Assembly (NCBI GenBank): GCA_950097015.1
Contig: CATNEN010000002.1
Location: 4,650,001 to 4,714,000, forward strand
Direction: 5' to 3'
Source: Macrostomum hystrix
Taxonomy: Eukaryota; Animalia; Platyhelminthes
Length of the DNA stretch: 64,000 nucleotides
Positions within the stretch are counted from its first letter, which is position 1. Each line of letters starts with the position of its first letter. Position numbers and translations under genes: made by a program. Shown piece after piece: positions 47,324-59,100 of the stretch. The notes under the pieces were generated by a model. It was not told the origin of the DNA and made no database searches. It worked only from the letters and a program-made list of their open reading frames with translations.

Positions 47324-47943
47324 CAGTAGAACTACCAAGGGGGGGGGAAATCTCCCCCCTGACAATTTTTTGCTGCAACCGAACGGAACAATGCAAGCAC
47401 ACGAAACTCAAGAACACGGGCCAACTTTTTGTTGCGCATCTTCTGAAACAAGAAACAAGTCGCTAGCTCTTCAGACCGTCGAGATATTCAATGTTTCTGG
47501 CCGAAGGTCCGATTTTTCCTATAAGAGCTAGTGTATTTCATACACCGATTATTCAATCAGTTCAATCAATCAGTTCATGCACTATAAACGAATTTGCACT
47601 GCGCCTCAGTGCGGCCTTTCCAGACCTTCAAACTTTATCAGCATCATCTCCGTCTTTGGTGGACACCTACATTTATCTAGACGGACTGCGGGACCTTCAA
47701 ATGCAAAAAATGTGGAAATAGGCCACTCTGGACACCCTGACGCGAATTTCTAAATTTTCACTACTGAAGCCTAAATATTAGGCGCAGCTCAACTACAGGA
47801 CACCATCGCCTAGTCTGTCAACCAATCAGTCACCACCCTACGCGGTTAGCTTTCAGGCGCTGCCAAAAATGTTCTCAGCGGGGGGGGGTAAATCCCCCCC
47901 TTGGTATAAAAACGGGCGGCAAAATGGCTTGGTAGTCCAACTG
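47324..47943. mobile_element. MITE family M1 copy 3 (longest)
   Basis: TTAA|CAGTAGAACTACCAAG ... CTTGGTAGTCCAACTG|TTAA. Confidence 0.88.
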
Positions 47944-49229
47944 TTAACTAAGGTAATTCTTTTTATGGGCGCCTAGGATCTCGACCCATTCGACGATTTG
48001 AATTAACTGTACAGTCCTTGGATGCGCCGCGCAATAGATCGTGCAGATGAGGCTGTGCCTACTGATCCTACTTGGTTAGGTATACCTTCAATATAGTCAA
48101 CTTGTGTCTTCATATGGCGGGTAAAGTTGATCAATTATTTACATTCTTGCAAAAAAACTGATTTCCAGTTAAGAAAGTATAATTTGATGCTTACTGTTTT
48201 CAAGTTCGATAACTAATTCTTGTTCTCGACTTTTATAACTTAACCTGTTTTACCGCCAATGACTGGTCGTAAAACATTAAAATTGACGTAAAATTTCATT
48301 ATATTCAGTCAGAACACTAAAATAAGTAGCGTAGCAGAGAATCTATCTATAAAATTATTGAAGCGGCTAAAAAGATTCCTGACCTTTACGAAGCAATCGG
48401 AACGAATCTGATAGAATGTAAGGTAAGAAATATAACGCAGGATCTACTGTACACATTGTAAAATTACAGCAAAAGAGAGTAAAAGTTATATAAAACAAAA
48501 AAGTTGTTTTGGCTGATATAAAAATTACGAGTAATGAAAAGCACTTAGCAATGAATCAGGCAGGAGGCACAGCTAAATGTGATTGAAGCAAATTTTAAAT
48601 ATCCATTCAACGCACTGTACGGTATTTTACTCTTCTACTCGGTAATGTCATTTGAATACATCGACAAGAAATTTTACAGCTAAAATAAACTTGTTGATGA
48701 TAAGTTTAATCATTTAACTGCTAGCTAAGCACAAAGTTAAGTACACATATTTATAAAACGAAACGTTAAAAAGCACACAGAACTAGAAATATCTGCCTCT
48801 TGCATGGTTGCTAGAATACACTAATCGCTATCACATGTACGCTCGTATATGTATCGAAATATCCACTGCTTGACAAGCAAAAACTATTTAAAAATAAGCA
48901 TAACAGGACTGCAAGGGTCCGAACAAACAGCAGGCAATAGAAGGCAAATAACAAGAGATGAAAATATTTTGGCATTGCGTGGACAAAAAATTCTTTTCAA
49001 TAAACCGTAAGGGCGCTTATCATGCACTAGTACGAGTATATGGCAACTAGACATTAGAAATTCTAAGGAAAAATGTAACTGCTTGTTTTTTAGGCATCCT
49101 GGTATTCACGCAAATTCCATCGGCGATTTAACACAGGTAAGAAATGTGTACATTTAGCCATGGGATTAAGTATGCTTGTTCAAATCATGTTGAAACTATC
49201 AAATCTCACTAAAAATACCCTATTGATAA

Positions 49230-49570
49230 TAATAATAATAATAATGGAGGAGGGCTGCGGGCAATAATTTAGTGACTCTAGACCCACAGCCAGCGAGGAG
49301 GCAATGCCCATTCCGCTGACTCCTGAGCACACACGCACACAGATACCGGAAGCAGGCACACGCTCACAAGGGGTGTGTACATCTGCCGTGACTTTCTCAT
49401 CATCAGGCAGTGTACACTTTCACTGTGCATTGGAGGTTGGTCCTCAAGGGTGTAAATTGCACGACAAGCCCCCAAGCCTTCTCTCCCCAGCTGTACCCCA
49501 AATAAATGTGGCCTCGCCACTGAATCGAGCTCAGGGCCTTGGTGCGAAAGGCAAACGCGTTTTCAGAGAG
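49230..49570 (-). mobile_element. SINE family B copy
   Basis: (AAT)n tail on + followed by GGAGGGCTGCGGGCAAT...GACTTTCTCATCATCAGGCAGTGTAC...GGCAAACGCG. Confidence 0.82.
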
Positions 49571-49736
49571 AATTCGCAGTTGTGGCATTAAGCCCCTTTA
49601 TGATGACAATTTAAATGCCAAAGACGCCAGAAAAAAATTCTTGACCTTCATGCTGATAAAATGACCATCCTACAATCATTTCTAATTCCTACGGCATTCC
49701 TACAAGCGTACTCAATAGGCATGTGCGAGTCGATTG

Positions 49737-51323
49737 TTATTTCGGGTTAGTCCACGTGTAGAACGCTGGAGTTGGCACATCTGTGCGAGCTTGATCTGCG
49801 AATTGGAAGCCGAGATGGTCAGGATGCGATGCAATTCGATGGCTCACAGCCATGAGAAATGCGAACCAAATCACACCCACGTCTACGTGGGCTCGCCATC
49901 TTCTCGGATCCCATCTTTCGCTTAGTGGCAGAGCCTCCATCCGACCACGAACAATGCCAGCGGATTCTTTTTGCAGATCCAAGAGCGGCCCGATTTCCAT
50001 TTCCACTGTCCACTGTCCACTGTCCACTGTCTTCAAAAGCAGTGCCTTCGCTGCTTCACGAATCGTGTGCTTGTATTTCTTATCACCGATTGGTAACTGG
50101 TCAGCCAGACTTCTTATATTTTCAAGAGTGCTCTCGTTCCAATGCGCTTGCTGCCAATCACGGAGACTACCGAAAATGACAACCTGTCTGTGGTGGTACT
50201 TTGCGTTTAGCCGGTTAATTACTATCCATCTTTGACCGATTTCTATAAACCTGTGCTGTCTCAGTTGGCAATAGGTAATGGCACTCTTGGGGCTTGAGTC
50301 ATGCTCACGATTCTCATTATCCAAATCTTCTCCCCAGATGTCGTTCAAATGTCGAGGATCCTCACCAGCTTGATAGCTGCCGTCATCATTGAGTTTAGGC
50401 ACAAGGTAATCGAAGTACTGATCTCTGACAGTGTCAATAGCTCGCATGCCTTCAGGTAGATTGCTTAGGCCGGCCAGGCCGTTTGTGAATTCAATGAGAA
50501 ATCGTTTCCTCTCGAACTGCACGGGCGACTGAATATCATGAAAATCGTCATAAACAAAAATTAAATATTCGGCGATTAACCAAGTTTCTGGAATGTTCAG
50601 GTTCAAAACCATTGTACTTGCAGAAATATTTAAGTGGAAGTCCTTTAAATCAAGTGTCTTCAGTTTTGGAACCAAAGCTCCATCAGTAGCTCCGTCATCA
50701 GGAACAATCGCTGCCTCAGTAGTGACCGCCATTTCAAGCCATGTCTGTTCCTCGCAGTTAGGACACTCATCGCTTCCATCCCCCTCAATATGTTCATGGC
50801 AGTAATAACTAGTTTTCACCTGAGATGGGCTTTGTTGATGTACGAATCCAACGAATTCTAAGCGATCTTGATCGTGCAAGCAGTGTTGAGCGAGCTGCAT
50901 TCGGAAAGTTAGTTGCAGCGGCATCACAGTGTAACATCTGAACTCCCGCGAAGAGGCATCGATCCAAACTAAGAAACTCCCAGTGGGATATCTGTTATCT
51001 ACGTTGAGTTCGAGTTCAACTAGATTAGAAATCTGCGGTTGTTCACCATTAGTCACCTTGGCAAGATTCAAATTTAGTAAGTCCAAAGCATTGCCATTTG
51101 GCACTCGAAAGGATCTAGCATTTTGATCAACGTGTAGTTGCATTTTCAAACTAAATTTTCTATACCAAACTCCAGGAGAAATCAGGTCAAGTTTGTTAAA
51201 AGGCTTGCAGACAGATTTTGAACTGCCAAGCTCTTCAGCGTTTCCAAGCAGATGTAAATTTTGTACTTGTTCGGTAACAATCTTTATAAAAATATGCAAT
51301 GTCTGCTTCGGAAGATGGGCCAT
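49737..51323 (-). CDS. Uncharacterised intronless protein (528 aa), paralogue of the C-terminal half of the 1233-aa ORF
   Basis: 1.6-kb stop-free ORF; shared motifs LVPxxxxDGSY, DIWGxD, PKSxxTYCxLR, IVRGR, WFAFxMA, PAFYTW. A strong acceptor TTCTTCCTTCTTCAG lies 29 nt upstream of the ATG. Confidence 0.8.
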   Translation of the reverse strand: MAHLPKQTLHIFIKIVTEQVQNLHLLGNAEELGSSKSVCKPFNKLDLISPGVWYRKFSLKMQLHVDQNARSFRVPNGNALDLLNLNLAKVTNGEQPQISNLVELELNVDNRYPTGSFLVWIDASSREFRCYTVMPLQLTFRMQLAQHCLHDQDRLEFVGFVHQQSPSQVKTSYYCHEHIEGDGSDECPNCEEQTWLEMAVTTEAAIVPDDGATDGALVPKLKTLDLKDFHLNISASTMVLNLNIPETWLIAEYLIFVYDDFHDIQSPVQFERKRFLIEFTNGLAGLSNLPEGMRAIDTVRDQYFDYLVPKLNDDGSYQAGEDPRHLNDIWGEDLDNENREHDSSPKSAITYCQLRQHRFIEIGQRWIVINRLNAKYHHRQVVIFGSLRDWQQAHWNESTLENIRSLADQLPIGDKKYKHTIREAAKALLLKTVDSGQWTVEMEIGPLLDLQKESAGIVRGRMEALPLSERWDPRRWRAHVDVGVIWFAFLMAVSHRIASHPDHLGFQFADQARTDVPTPAFYTWTNPK

Positions 51324-52489
51324 TTGCTCACTTCTCTGATCCCGTCGATTTTCTGAAGAAGGAAGAAACGTTTTAAATGAAAACCTAGTGAAAGTTTCAA
51401 CTTAGTGAAGTTTTATTCTAATTATACAGAGATCTGCTCCTCACCATTTAATTATTAATGTGCACAGGTGCACAGGAGCAATTCATTTTTGCTACATTTT
51501 CTGGTGATCTCTTCGTTTCCGCTCAATTAGTATGTGGCATAATTCATAAGAAACATAAAACAACACCAACGGAATAATTTAAAGCGTAAAAAGCTGAAAG
51601 CTATGTCTTGGTAAGTACGAGTATATTTAAAAGTATTGGTTTGTTAACTGTGCCGGGAATACAGAGTATTTCGAAATTTCATATATTTTACTGACATTCG
51701 AAAACTGAGTACCAGAAGCAAGGATCGTTTCTGAGTCTTCGTAAATCTGGGTTAATCGGCATATCATTTTTAACTTGTAGGCTCCTAATTTCTTGATTAG
51801 ACCAGTCGTCCATTCTTCCTTTCTTTCGAAATATTTCTACTTAATCCGTTCATAGCGGAAAACAACGTTCAGGATTTTTCTTTTTAATCAAAGGAAACCT
51901 AAGAAATTAGGTTTTAATTAGGTTTTTAGGATATTCCGATTTCAGTTCTTAGCTTCCTGAGTACATGCAAGATATTTTTCGCAGAATTCTGCAAGCAATA
52001 AAATTGGCACATTGCGTCTAGAAAGTTTCCACAAAACAATATAAAAAAGCAGCGAATCAAACGTTTTAAACCACAAAGTACGTAACTAAGATGTATAAAG
52101 TCAGCACTCGTTTAGTAGCTGTTTTGAATAAATAAATTTACTAATCGAGGATGAAAAAGCATGTCGATCAACAACAGATCTAAGAATTAATGTTATCAAA
52201 AATTAATATAATTTTACGAATTTGAACGAATCCATCAACAGAGAAACAAAAATCATACATGCCAAATATGGGACACAAAAGTACACATGGATAATAAGTC
52301 ACAAGTTAAAGGATTGTTTGATGTCAATAAGAAAAGGGGAATAGTAGCAAGCAGAAGAAAGTAGTAATATATTTTCCGTTTCGTATTGATAAATTACAAT
52401 TGTGCATGACAGAAGAATATAAAAAGGCAAGGAGCAGTCTTTCAAGCCACGTGAATGTTTTACTTTGCTCTTAATGGGACTTAAGTTGA

Positions 52490-55400
52490 TCAATAGTCTC
52501 GCGGGCACTCGTTCATCCTCCACGTATAGAAAGCAGGAATTCTGGTATTTTCTCGCAAAAGATTATTGAATTTTTTCTTTTCCTCCTCTGGCTCGAGCAC
52601 TTGTGGTTGTATTGTGTTCCAAGCTGCCATCATAAAAGCGAACCACGCCTTAGTAACTATGCAGTTCTGCATCATCTCTTCCATCAGCAGCTTCTCTTCT
52701 AGACGACCACGAACAATCGCAGCTGAGTTTTGCAGAAGAAGTCTGGCGTCAGATGGTTTCATATTTCTGCTCGCGAAAAAGTCATTAAGAAGGTTGGCAA
52801 CTTTTATCAAACTGCCAGCGAATTTCGGAGATTCGAGACAATTATCTCCAGAAAGTATTTCAAGAGATTGACGAATTTCATCGACTACATACTGACTAGC
52901 GTCGTCAACCCTCTCTGATGAGAGCTTCTGGAAGCCCACAAGCTTTTTCTCTTGCTCTTGCTTCTCTTTTAGCCAAAACTGAGCCTCCATCGAAGTCTCA
53001 AGTTTTGATTTCTGACTAGCGTCATCGCTAGACTTTGAACTCTCAAGTGAGACACGTGACTCAAGAGTTTTTAAAGGATAATCCATCCTCTTGGAATACA
53101 ACTGGATGATGCGTTCTAATTCTTGAAAAATGTAGTTTTCTCGGCCAGTGTACCTTGCACGTAGTCGGTTTGCAACAAACTTCTTTGCATTTGGTTCGTT
53201 CGGAAATTTAATGCGCCTCAGCATGCAGTAGGTGACGGAACTCTTTGGTATGACAAACTCTTCCTTTTTCTCTTCTCGTGGATCATCACCCCAGATGTCG
53301 AAAAGCGATTGAGGATGGTCTGCTTCACAGCATGCGTAACTGCCATCAGGCGATACATTTGGCACCAGCATCTGGGCATAGATGCGCCTCACATTGGCCA
53401 AGTTGCTTCTAGTACTACTCAAGCCGCGAATATTGCCAAGGAAGTTGGCCAAGTCTAAGAAAATTTTGTCTCTTTTGAAGTCGAACGTCACAATTCGAAC
53501 ATCTGGTGACCCGTCGTCATGCAGATTGACGACGAACTCTGCGAAGTTCATCCCCCTGTCAACCGACAGATGCAACGCATGGGGAGGCTGCGCAGCTTGT
53601 GTCGAGGTTTCGGTCGTTAAAGAGAACTGAATGTCACACAAATGAGCCGACTTAAGCAGCATATTGTCCAGAGTCACCACAGAAAGAGCTGCTGAATTCG
53701 CCAAGTAAGCAGTGCAGTGTTTGCACTTAACATCACTTCGTTTGGTACTGTGTCTTCTGCAAAATGAATTCTCTTGCTTAAGATGAAGCATCTTCTTGGG
53801 ATTTTTAAAGCCCCAATTCCCAACAATAACTAGGTTATTGTCCTTCCAGTCGTTGGGTAGCGCCATTCTAAAGTGCAGGATGACGGTAATAACTTTGTAG
53901 CATTTTAAATCTTTGTCGATGTCAATCAAAAACATGTTAGTCGGAACATCGGTAACGATTTTCGCCACAAATCTGCCTTCATCAAATGAACTTTCTACTA
54001 AAACCATATCCGAAGACTCTGCTGCCGGATTAATTGATACATCCACTTGGTCAGTTATTTCTATCTCTGTTTGAAGTACTTCACCTTTCATTGTCAGCAA
54101 AGGGTGGTTAATGCCAACAAGTCGCTGGGGTACAGCAGCACTGCAAATCCAAACTTTGTCATGACTAAACTCAAAATTATGAGCCGGTGACAATGCTGAC
54201 TTAGGATCGAACCTCAGAGAATATGGGTGACTGTGCTGCGTGCGGATTAAAGCCTGCACTGGAAACACGCTACACAGACTGGATTGTAAAATTTCATTCT
54301 CAGTCATTCTCACAAGCAGCTCCGGCAGGAGAAAATCGCAAGCAACTGGAGGCGTAATCCAAGACAACTCGAGTAGCATTCTCAGCTCGATTTGATGCTC
54401 AGAATTCTTCCCTGTGTACAGTTGCACCATCAGGGGCTCACCAGGTCTCTCTAGAGACGTCAATGATTTGCCGTCAGTTGCTGCCAGAATCTTCACCTTG
54501 CAATGTCCGACTACCGGAAGGTCTTTGTCGAAATTTAGTCGGTTTGATTCCAATAGCTTCCAGTGTCCCAGCTCAGCGCAATCGCCAACCACATAAGCGG
54601 CATTTTTAGGCTGCTCAGACAGTTCTGCTCGAAAGTGCACATGCACTTCTGCTGCCCATCTGCAGTACAAAACTCTGTCATCGGTCATTGCCACGACGAA
54701 TTCTGGCTTGAGAAATTCTTGAACTGAATGTAAAGTCCAAATATAACTAAAAAATTCTTCGAAACGTAACTCCATTCGATGTTCAGAATTCTTCCCTGTG
54801 TACAGTTGCACCATCAGGGGCTCACCAGGTCTCTCTAGAGACGTCAATGACTTGCCGTCAGTTGCTGCCAGAATCTTCACCTTGCAATGTCCGACTACCG
54901 GAAGGTCTTTGTCGAAATTTAGTCGGTTTGATTCCAATAGCTTCCAGTGTCCCAGCTCAGCGCAATCGCCAACCACATAAGCGGCATTTTTAGGCTGCTC
55001 AGACAGTTCTGCTCGAAAGTGCACATGCACTTCTACTGCCCATCTGCGGTACAAAACTCTGTCATCGGTCATTGCCACGACGAATTCTGGCTTGAGAAAT
55101 TCTCGAATTGAACTAGGAATCCAAAAATATTCATTTTTTTCGAAACTTAACTTCTTTCGATGTTCAGAATTCTTCCCTGTGTACAGTTGCACCATCAGGG
55201 GCTCACCAGGTCTCTCTAGAGACGTCAATGACTCACCGTCAGTTGCTGCCAGAATCTTCACCTTGCAATGTCCGACTACCGGAAGGTCTTTGTCGAAATT
55301 CAGTCGGTTCGATTCCAATGGCTTCCAGTGTCCCAGCTCAGCGCAATCGCCAACCACATAAGCGGCATTTTTAGGCTGCTCAGACAGTTCTGCTCGAAAG

Positions 55401-56191
55401 TGCACATGCACTTCTGCTGCCCATCCGCAGTACAAAACTCTGTCATCGGTCATTGCCACGACGAATTCTGGCTTGAGAAATTTTGGAATTGAATATGGAA
55501 TCCAAAAATATTCTTTTGTTTCGAAACTTAACTTCTTTCGATGTTCAGAATTCTTCCCTGTGTACAGTTGCACCATCAGGGGCTCACCAGGTCTCTCTAG
55601 AGACGTCAATGACTCACCGTCAGTTGCTGCCAGAATCTTCACCTTGCAATGTCCGACACCCGGAAAGCCTTCCTTGAAATTCAGTCGGTTCGATTCCAAT
55701 GGCTTCCAGTGTCCTAGCTCAGCGCAATCGCCAACCACATAAGCGTCGTTTTTAGGCTGCTCAGTCAGTTCTGCTCGAAAGTGCACCTGCACTTTTACAG
55801 CCAAGGTGCAATAATATTCCCCCGAAGCCATATCAACAGTAATAAGTGGAAAATAATGTGACAATGTTCTTCTTTTCCAAAGAGTAAGCTTTGATGTTTG
55901 TTTAGAAAATTCCTTCGGTTTTATTTCTTTGTAGAAATCGCTGATAATGATTGATAAATTCTCATTTCTTTCATTCTGCAAACAATAATTTTTTATTTTA
56001 AATCTTTCGTGACATACGAGGTTGACAATTCCCAGCCAAACTCCAGTTTCTTGGCAGTTTGCAGAAGGCTTTAATTCGATCTCCTCTAATTTATCATGGC
56101 CAAATGACAGCTTTGCAGTCATCCTGTCAGACCGTTTTTCATGGCATATCACTCGAATGTACAGTTTGTCGCACCAGTCTTCCCAATCCAT
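52490..56191 (-). CDS. Uncharacterised intronless protein (1233 aa) with four tandem ~127-aa CBM20-like repeats and a conserved unknown C-terminal domain
   Basis: 3.7-kb stop-free ORF; repeat motif VHFRAEL..AYVVGDCAELGHW at 381-384-bp spacing (~54631, 55015, 55396, 55777); C-terminal motifs shared with 49737-51323. Confidence 0.85.
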   Translation of the reverse strand: MDWEDWCDKLYIRVICHEKRSDRMTAKLSFGHDKLEEIELKPSANCQETGVWLGIVNLVCHERFKIKNYCLQNERNENLSIIISDFYKEIKPKEFSKQTSKLTLWKRRTLSHYFPLITVDMASGEYYCTLAVKVQVHFRAELTEQPKNDAYVVGDCAELGHWKPLESNRLNFKEGFPGVGHCKVKILAATDGESLTSLERPGEPLMVQLYTGKNSEHRKKLSFETKEYFWIPYSIPKFLKPEFVVAMTDDRVLYCGWAAEVHVHFRAELSEQPKNAAYVVGDCAELGHWKPLESNRLNFDKDLPVVGHCKVKILAATDGESLTSLERPGEPLMVQLYTGKNSEHRKKLSFEKNEYFWIPSSIREFLKPEFVVAMTDDRVLYRRWAVEVHVHFRAELSEQPKNAAYVVGDCAELGHWKLLESNRLNFDKDLPVVGHCKVKILAATDGKSLTSLERPGEPLMVQLYTGKNSEHRMELRFEEFFSYIWTLHSVQEFLKPEFVVAMTDDRVLYCRWAAEVHVHFRAELSEQPKNAAYVVGDCAELGHWKLLESNRLNFDKDLPVVGHCKVKILAATDGKSLTSLERPGEPLMVQLYTGKNSEHQIELRMLLELSWITPPVACDFLLPELLVRMTENEILQSSLCSVFPVQALIRTQHSHPYSLRFDPKSALSPAHNFEFSHDKVWICSAAVPQRLVGINHPLLTMKGEVLQTEIEITDQVDVSINPAAESSDMVLVESSFDEGRFVAKIVTDVPTNMFLIDIDKDLKCYKVITVILHFRMALPNDWKDNNLVIVGNWGFKNPKKMLHLKQENSFCRRHSTKRSDVKCKHCTAYLANSAALSVVTLDNMLLKSAHLCDIQFSLTTETSTQAAQPPHALHLSVDRGMNFAEFVVNLHDDGSPDVRIVTFDFKRDKIFLDLANFLGNIRGLSSTRSNLANVRRIYAQMLVPNVSPDGSYACCEADHPQSLFDIWGDDPREEKKEEFVIPKSSVTYCMLRRIKFPNEPNAKKFVANRLRARYTGRENYIFQELERIIQLYSKRMDYPLKTLESRVSLESSKSSDDASQKSKLETSMEAQFWLKEKQEQEKKLVGFQKLSSERVDDASQYVVDEIRQSLEILSGDNCLESPKFAGSLIKVANLLNDFFASRNMKPSDARLLLQNSAAIVRGRLEEKLLMEEMMQNCIVTKAWFAFMMAAWNTIQPQVLEPEEEKKKFNNLLRENTRIPAFYTWRMNECPRDY

Positions 56192-59100
56192 GGCTTCTAT
56201 TTGGAAGTCAAGTGAGTAGGTTTGTTTTAAGGCATTGATTCCAATAGCTGCAATGTTTTTATTTATGTACCTTTGTTTTTCAGTAAATAACCTGGTACAC
56301 AGTCTAATTTAAAATAATGTCCGACCTTAATATATGATATGAATAAGAATTTACAGTTGCAACTGGAAATGCTTAAAATTAGGAACAATCAACATGATAT
56401 TTTACTACATTATATTATACTCTATATAGTACTCGTATTTATTTGCATATATTTATCCACAGCTAAAATTTGTACCCACCCGAAATTTGTAACATTTAAT
56501 AAACTCACTATTCACTTTTTGAGCAGGTTATTGCAATTGGGTGCTCTGTGCCAAACAACGGTATCTGAATGTGTATTGTATTCAGATACAATTTTATTCA
56601 GAACTGTATTTAGAGTTCGTCGCCTGTGCCTTCTGGCGCAGGAATCTCTCAACATGTCCCGCCAGCTGACCCATGGGTACAAAGTGTTCAAGGTGTTCAA
56701 GGCTGACCCAACGGCAGCCGGACAGAATGGGCAACAGCACTGGATGACTCATCTAGGGCCTCTGGCCAAATCAGGTACAGGGCTTGCCCGGAAACCCCAC
56801 CTGCTTTTCCAGGTACATCTGGCTTTGGCTCTGAGGGACAGGTGACACCATTTGACCTTAACAGGGTACGCGGCCAGACTGTATAGGGTTGGCGCTGCTG
56901 TTTGTTTCTCTCTAAGGCCCCAGGTCTCTCGGTACCGAGAAGCGTTTGGCCAGGGAGTAGTAGTCACGTTGTTTGTGGTCTTTATCTTCTTTAGCTTTCC
57001 ATTTTTTGTGAGTCACCTCTTACCCTCCACATGCTTCCGGTGATGGCTTCTTTAACCTCTTCTTCAAACTTTGAAAAAAAAAGTGAAACAGGGACCACCC
57101 GGCCACTTCCGAAAGTGCCAACGCCGCCCCATCAGGGGCGATGGACGTCACCTTCGCTCATGCCGCTTGGTCCGAACATCTCCCCTGGCGCGTGGCAGAC
57201 CACATACTCGTAGGATTCACTGGCTTTGGCGTCTGCATCCTCATCGACATCCACGTCATCAACATAATCGGAGGCTCTCCACTGTCTTCTAGAATGAAAT
57301 CCTTGCCATCAGCTCCTGTGCAACAGAGTTGTATGTCAGGGACACGAAAGAAGAGACTATAGTCATCCACTCTGACAGTCAGCCCACAGCATGCCATGGC
57401 TCGTCCAGTTCCTCTGGGTGACATGACAAGCTAAGTTATTTCCTAAGGAAGACCACAGTACAGGTAACAGGACGGACCTAAATGGCCCAGCGCCATCGCC
57501 TGTCTGTGGGCCTAAGGTGTTGGCGGTATGGGCGACCCTTACCCGCTGCGTCCATGGAGCTAAGTAAAGAGTGTACCAATAAATTATGTAACATGCGATT
57601 TTAATAGTACAACTGAACTCCAACATTTGCTAACCTGGATTAAACTAAAAAGTTACTTACGATGCGTTTTAGGAATGGAATACTTTCCATTTTAACTGCC
57701 CAACTGGCTATCAACCATTAACTTCCACTGCCACATTTAACTCTACCATACTACTTGTTGTTTTATTTTGCAGGCCACTAAAGCACTGCAGCCCTAGACA
57801 GGGCTAGGGCTTTCTAAAAATTCCTAAGCCCTAAAAATTCTGACACATGCAGTTAATTTACCAATGAGCATGGGTCTTTGCCACTGCACTATGCCCTTGC
57901 ATATAACCTGCTGGTTTTCTACTTCATAAATTTAGTGACAATCCAGAAAAAATGCCCTAAGCCTTGGATATTGAACAAAAAATTGATCCTCTGTTCTTAA
58001 TGTCCTAGTGTATGATTTAAGTGACAAAAATATAATAAAAAACCAATAACTATTTTAATAACAAATAATAAATAAGAACAAATTATCTAAAATGGACAAA
58101 ATACTTAGACATTTTGCAGCAAAAAATCTTATTAACTATTTTAACTCAGCGCTTTGAAAAACTAAAAAATAAAAGTAACAGTTATGTTACCTATTATGTT
58201 AATTGCTTCTATTACATTTTTGCTTTGTTTTTTATTTAGCCAACATCTTTCCCTAATAGCCAATAGTCTAAATTTGGCTAATAAAAGTAGTTATAACAAA
58301 AAGAGAGCCATAATATGCATTGAATATAAAATTGTCACATTTTTTAAGAAACTTTAGAGATTTTAGGCTATGATGCGTTTCTTCATCCTGAACAATGCTA
58401 AACAAAAATCTATGACTATATTGTTTCTATATTATGTAGCACTCAGCAAGAAAAGGAAAATACTTGAACAAAGCAGAAAAAACAAAAAGAATGTTTGGCT
58501 TTTTCGATATGGACAAACTTTTTTATAAGAAATTTTAGAATGTGAACATGGGCAGTAAACATGGGCAGTAAATCTCGGAAAAAGTAGGATAGTTATAGTT
58601 ACGCTCAATAGTGAAGATAAGTTTTCAAGAGGTATAATTATTTATGTTGTTTATGGCCTTTTAAATAAATGGCGGAAGAGAGATTGCTAAGAGACGAAAA
58701 AGTTAAAACTTTGGAAGACAAAATTTGCAATTATGTCAAACGAGACTAAATTTTAAGTAAAAAAGTTAATTAAATTAACTTTTATATATTTCTGCAAAAA
58801 TGTGAAACTTTATTTGTTTAGACGCATCAAAAGAAATGCTCGGACCACGTCCGTCAGAGTAGTGAGAAGTAAACAAGGAAATCGAATATGAAAACCAACA
58901 AAAAAATTACTGCTACAGACTCAAGCAGACAGTCCAATATGTCAGTGGGGCCTCATCAGGGGAAAGTAAAGCTTTCAAATGCTTTAAAACCTTATCATAA
59001 TAACCCAATTAAAGTATTTTGCCATCTCTTTGAGCATTCTTCCAAAAAAGTCAAAAGAAATTAATACAAATATGCAACAACTTGATTACTGCAACAAAAA

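Noticed and set aside
56640-57630. Decayed LTR-retrotransposon integrase (..GPQTGDG..) or an extra gene
   Set aside because: GC-richer segment with only faint motif similarity, no consistent frame and no LTRs identified.
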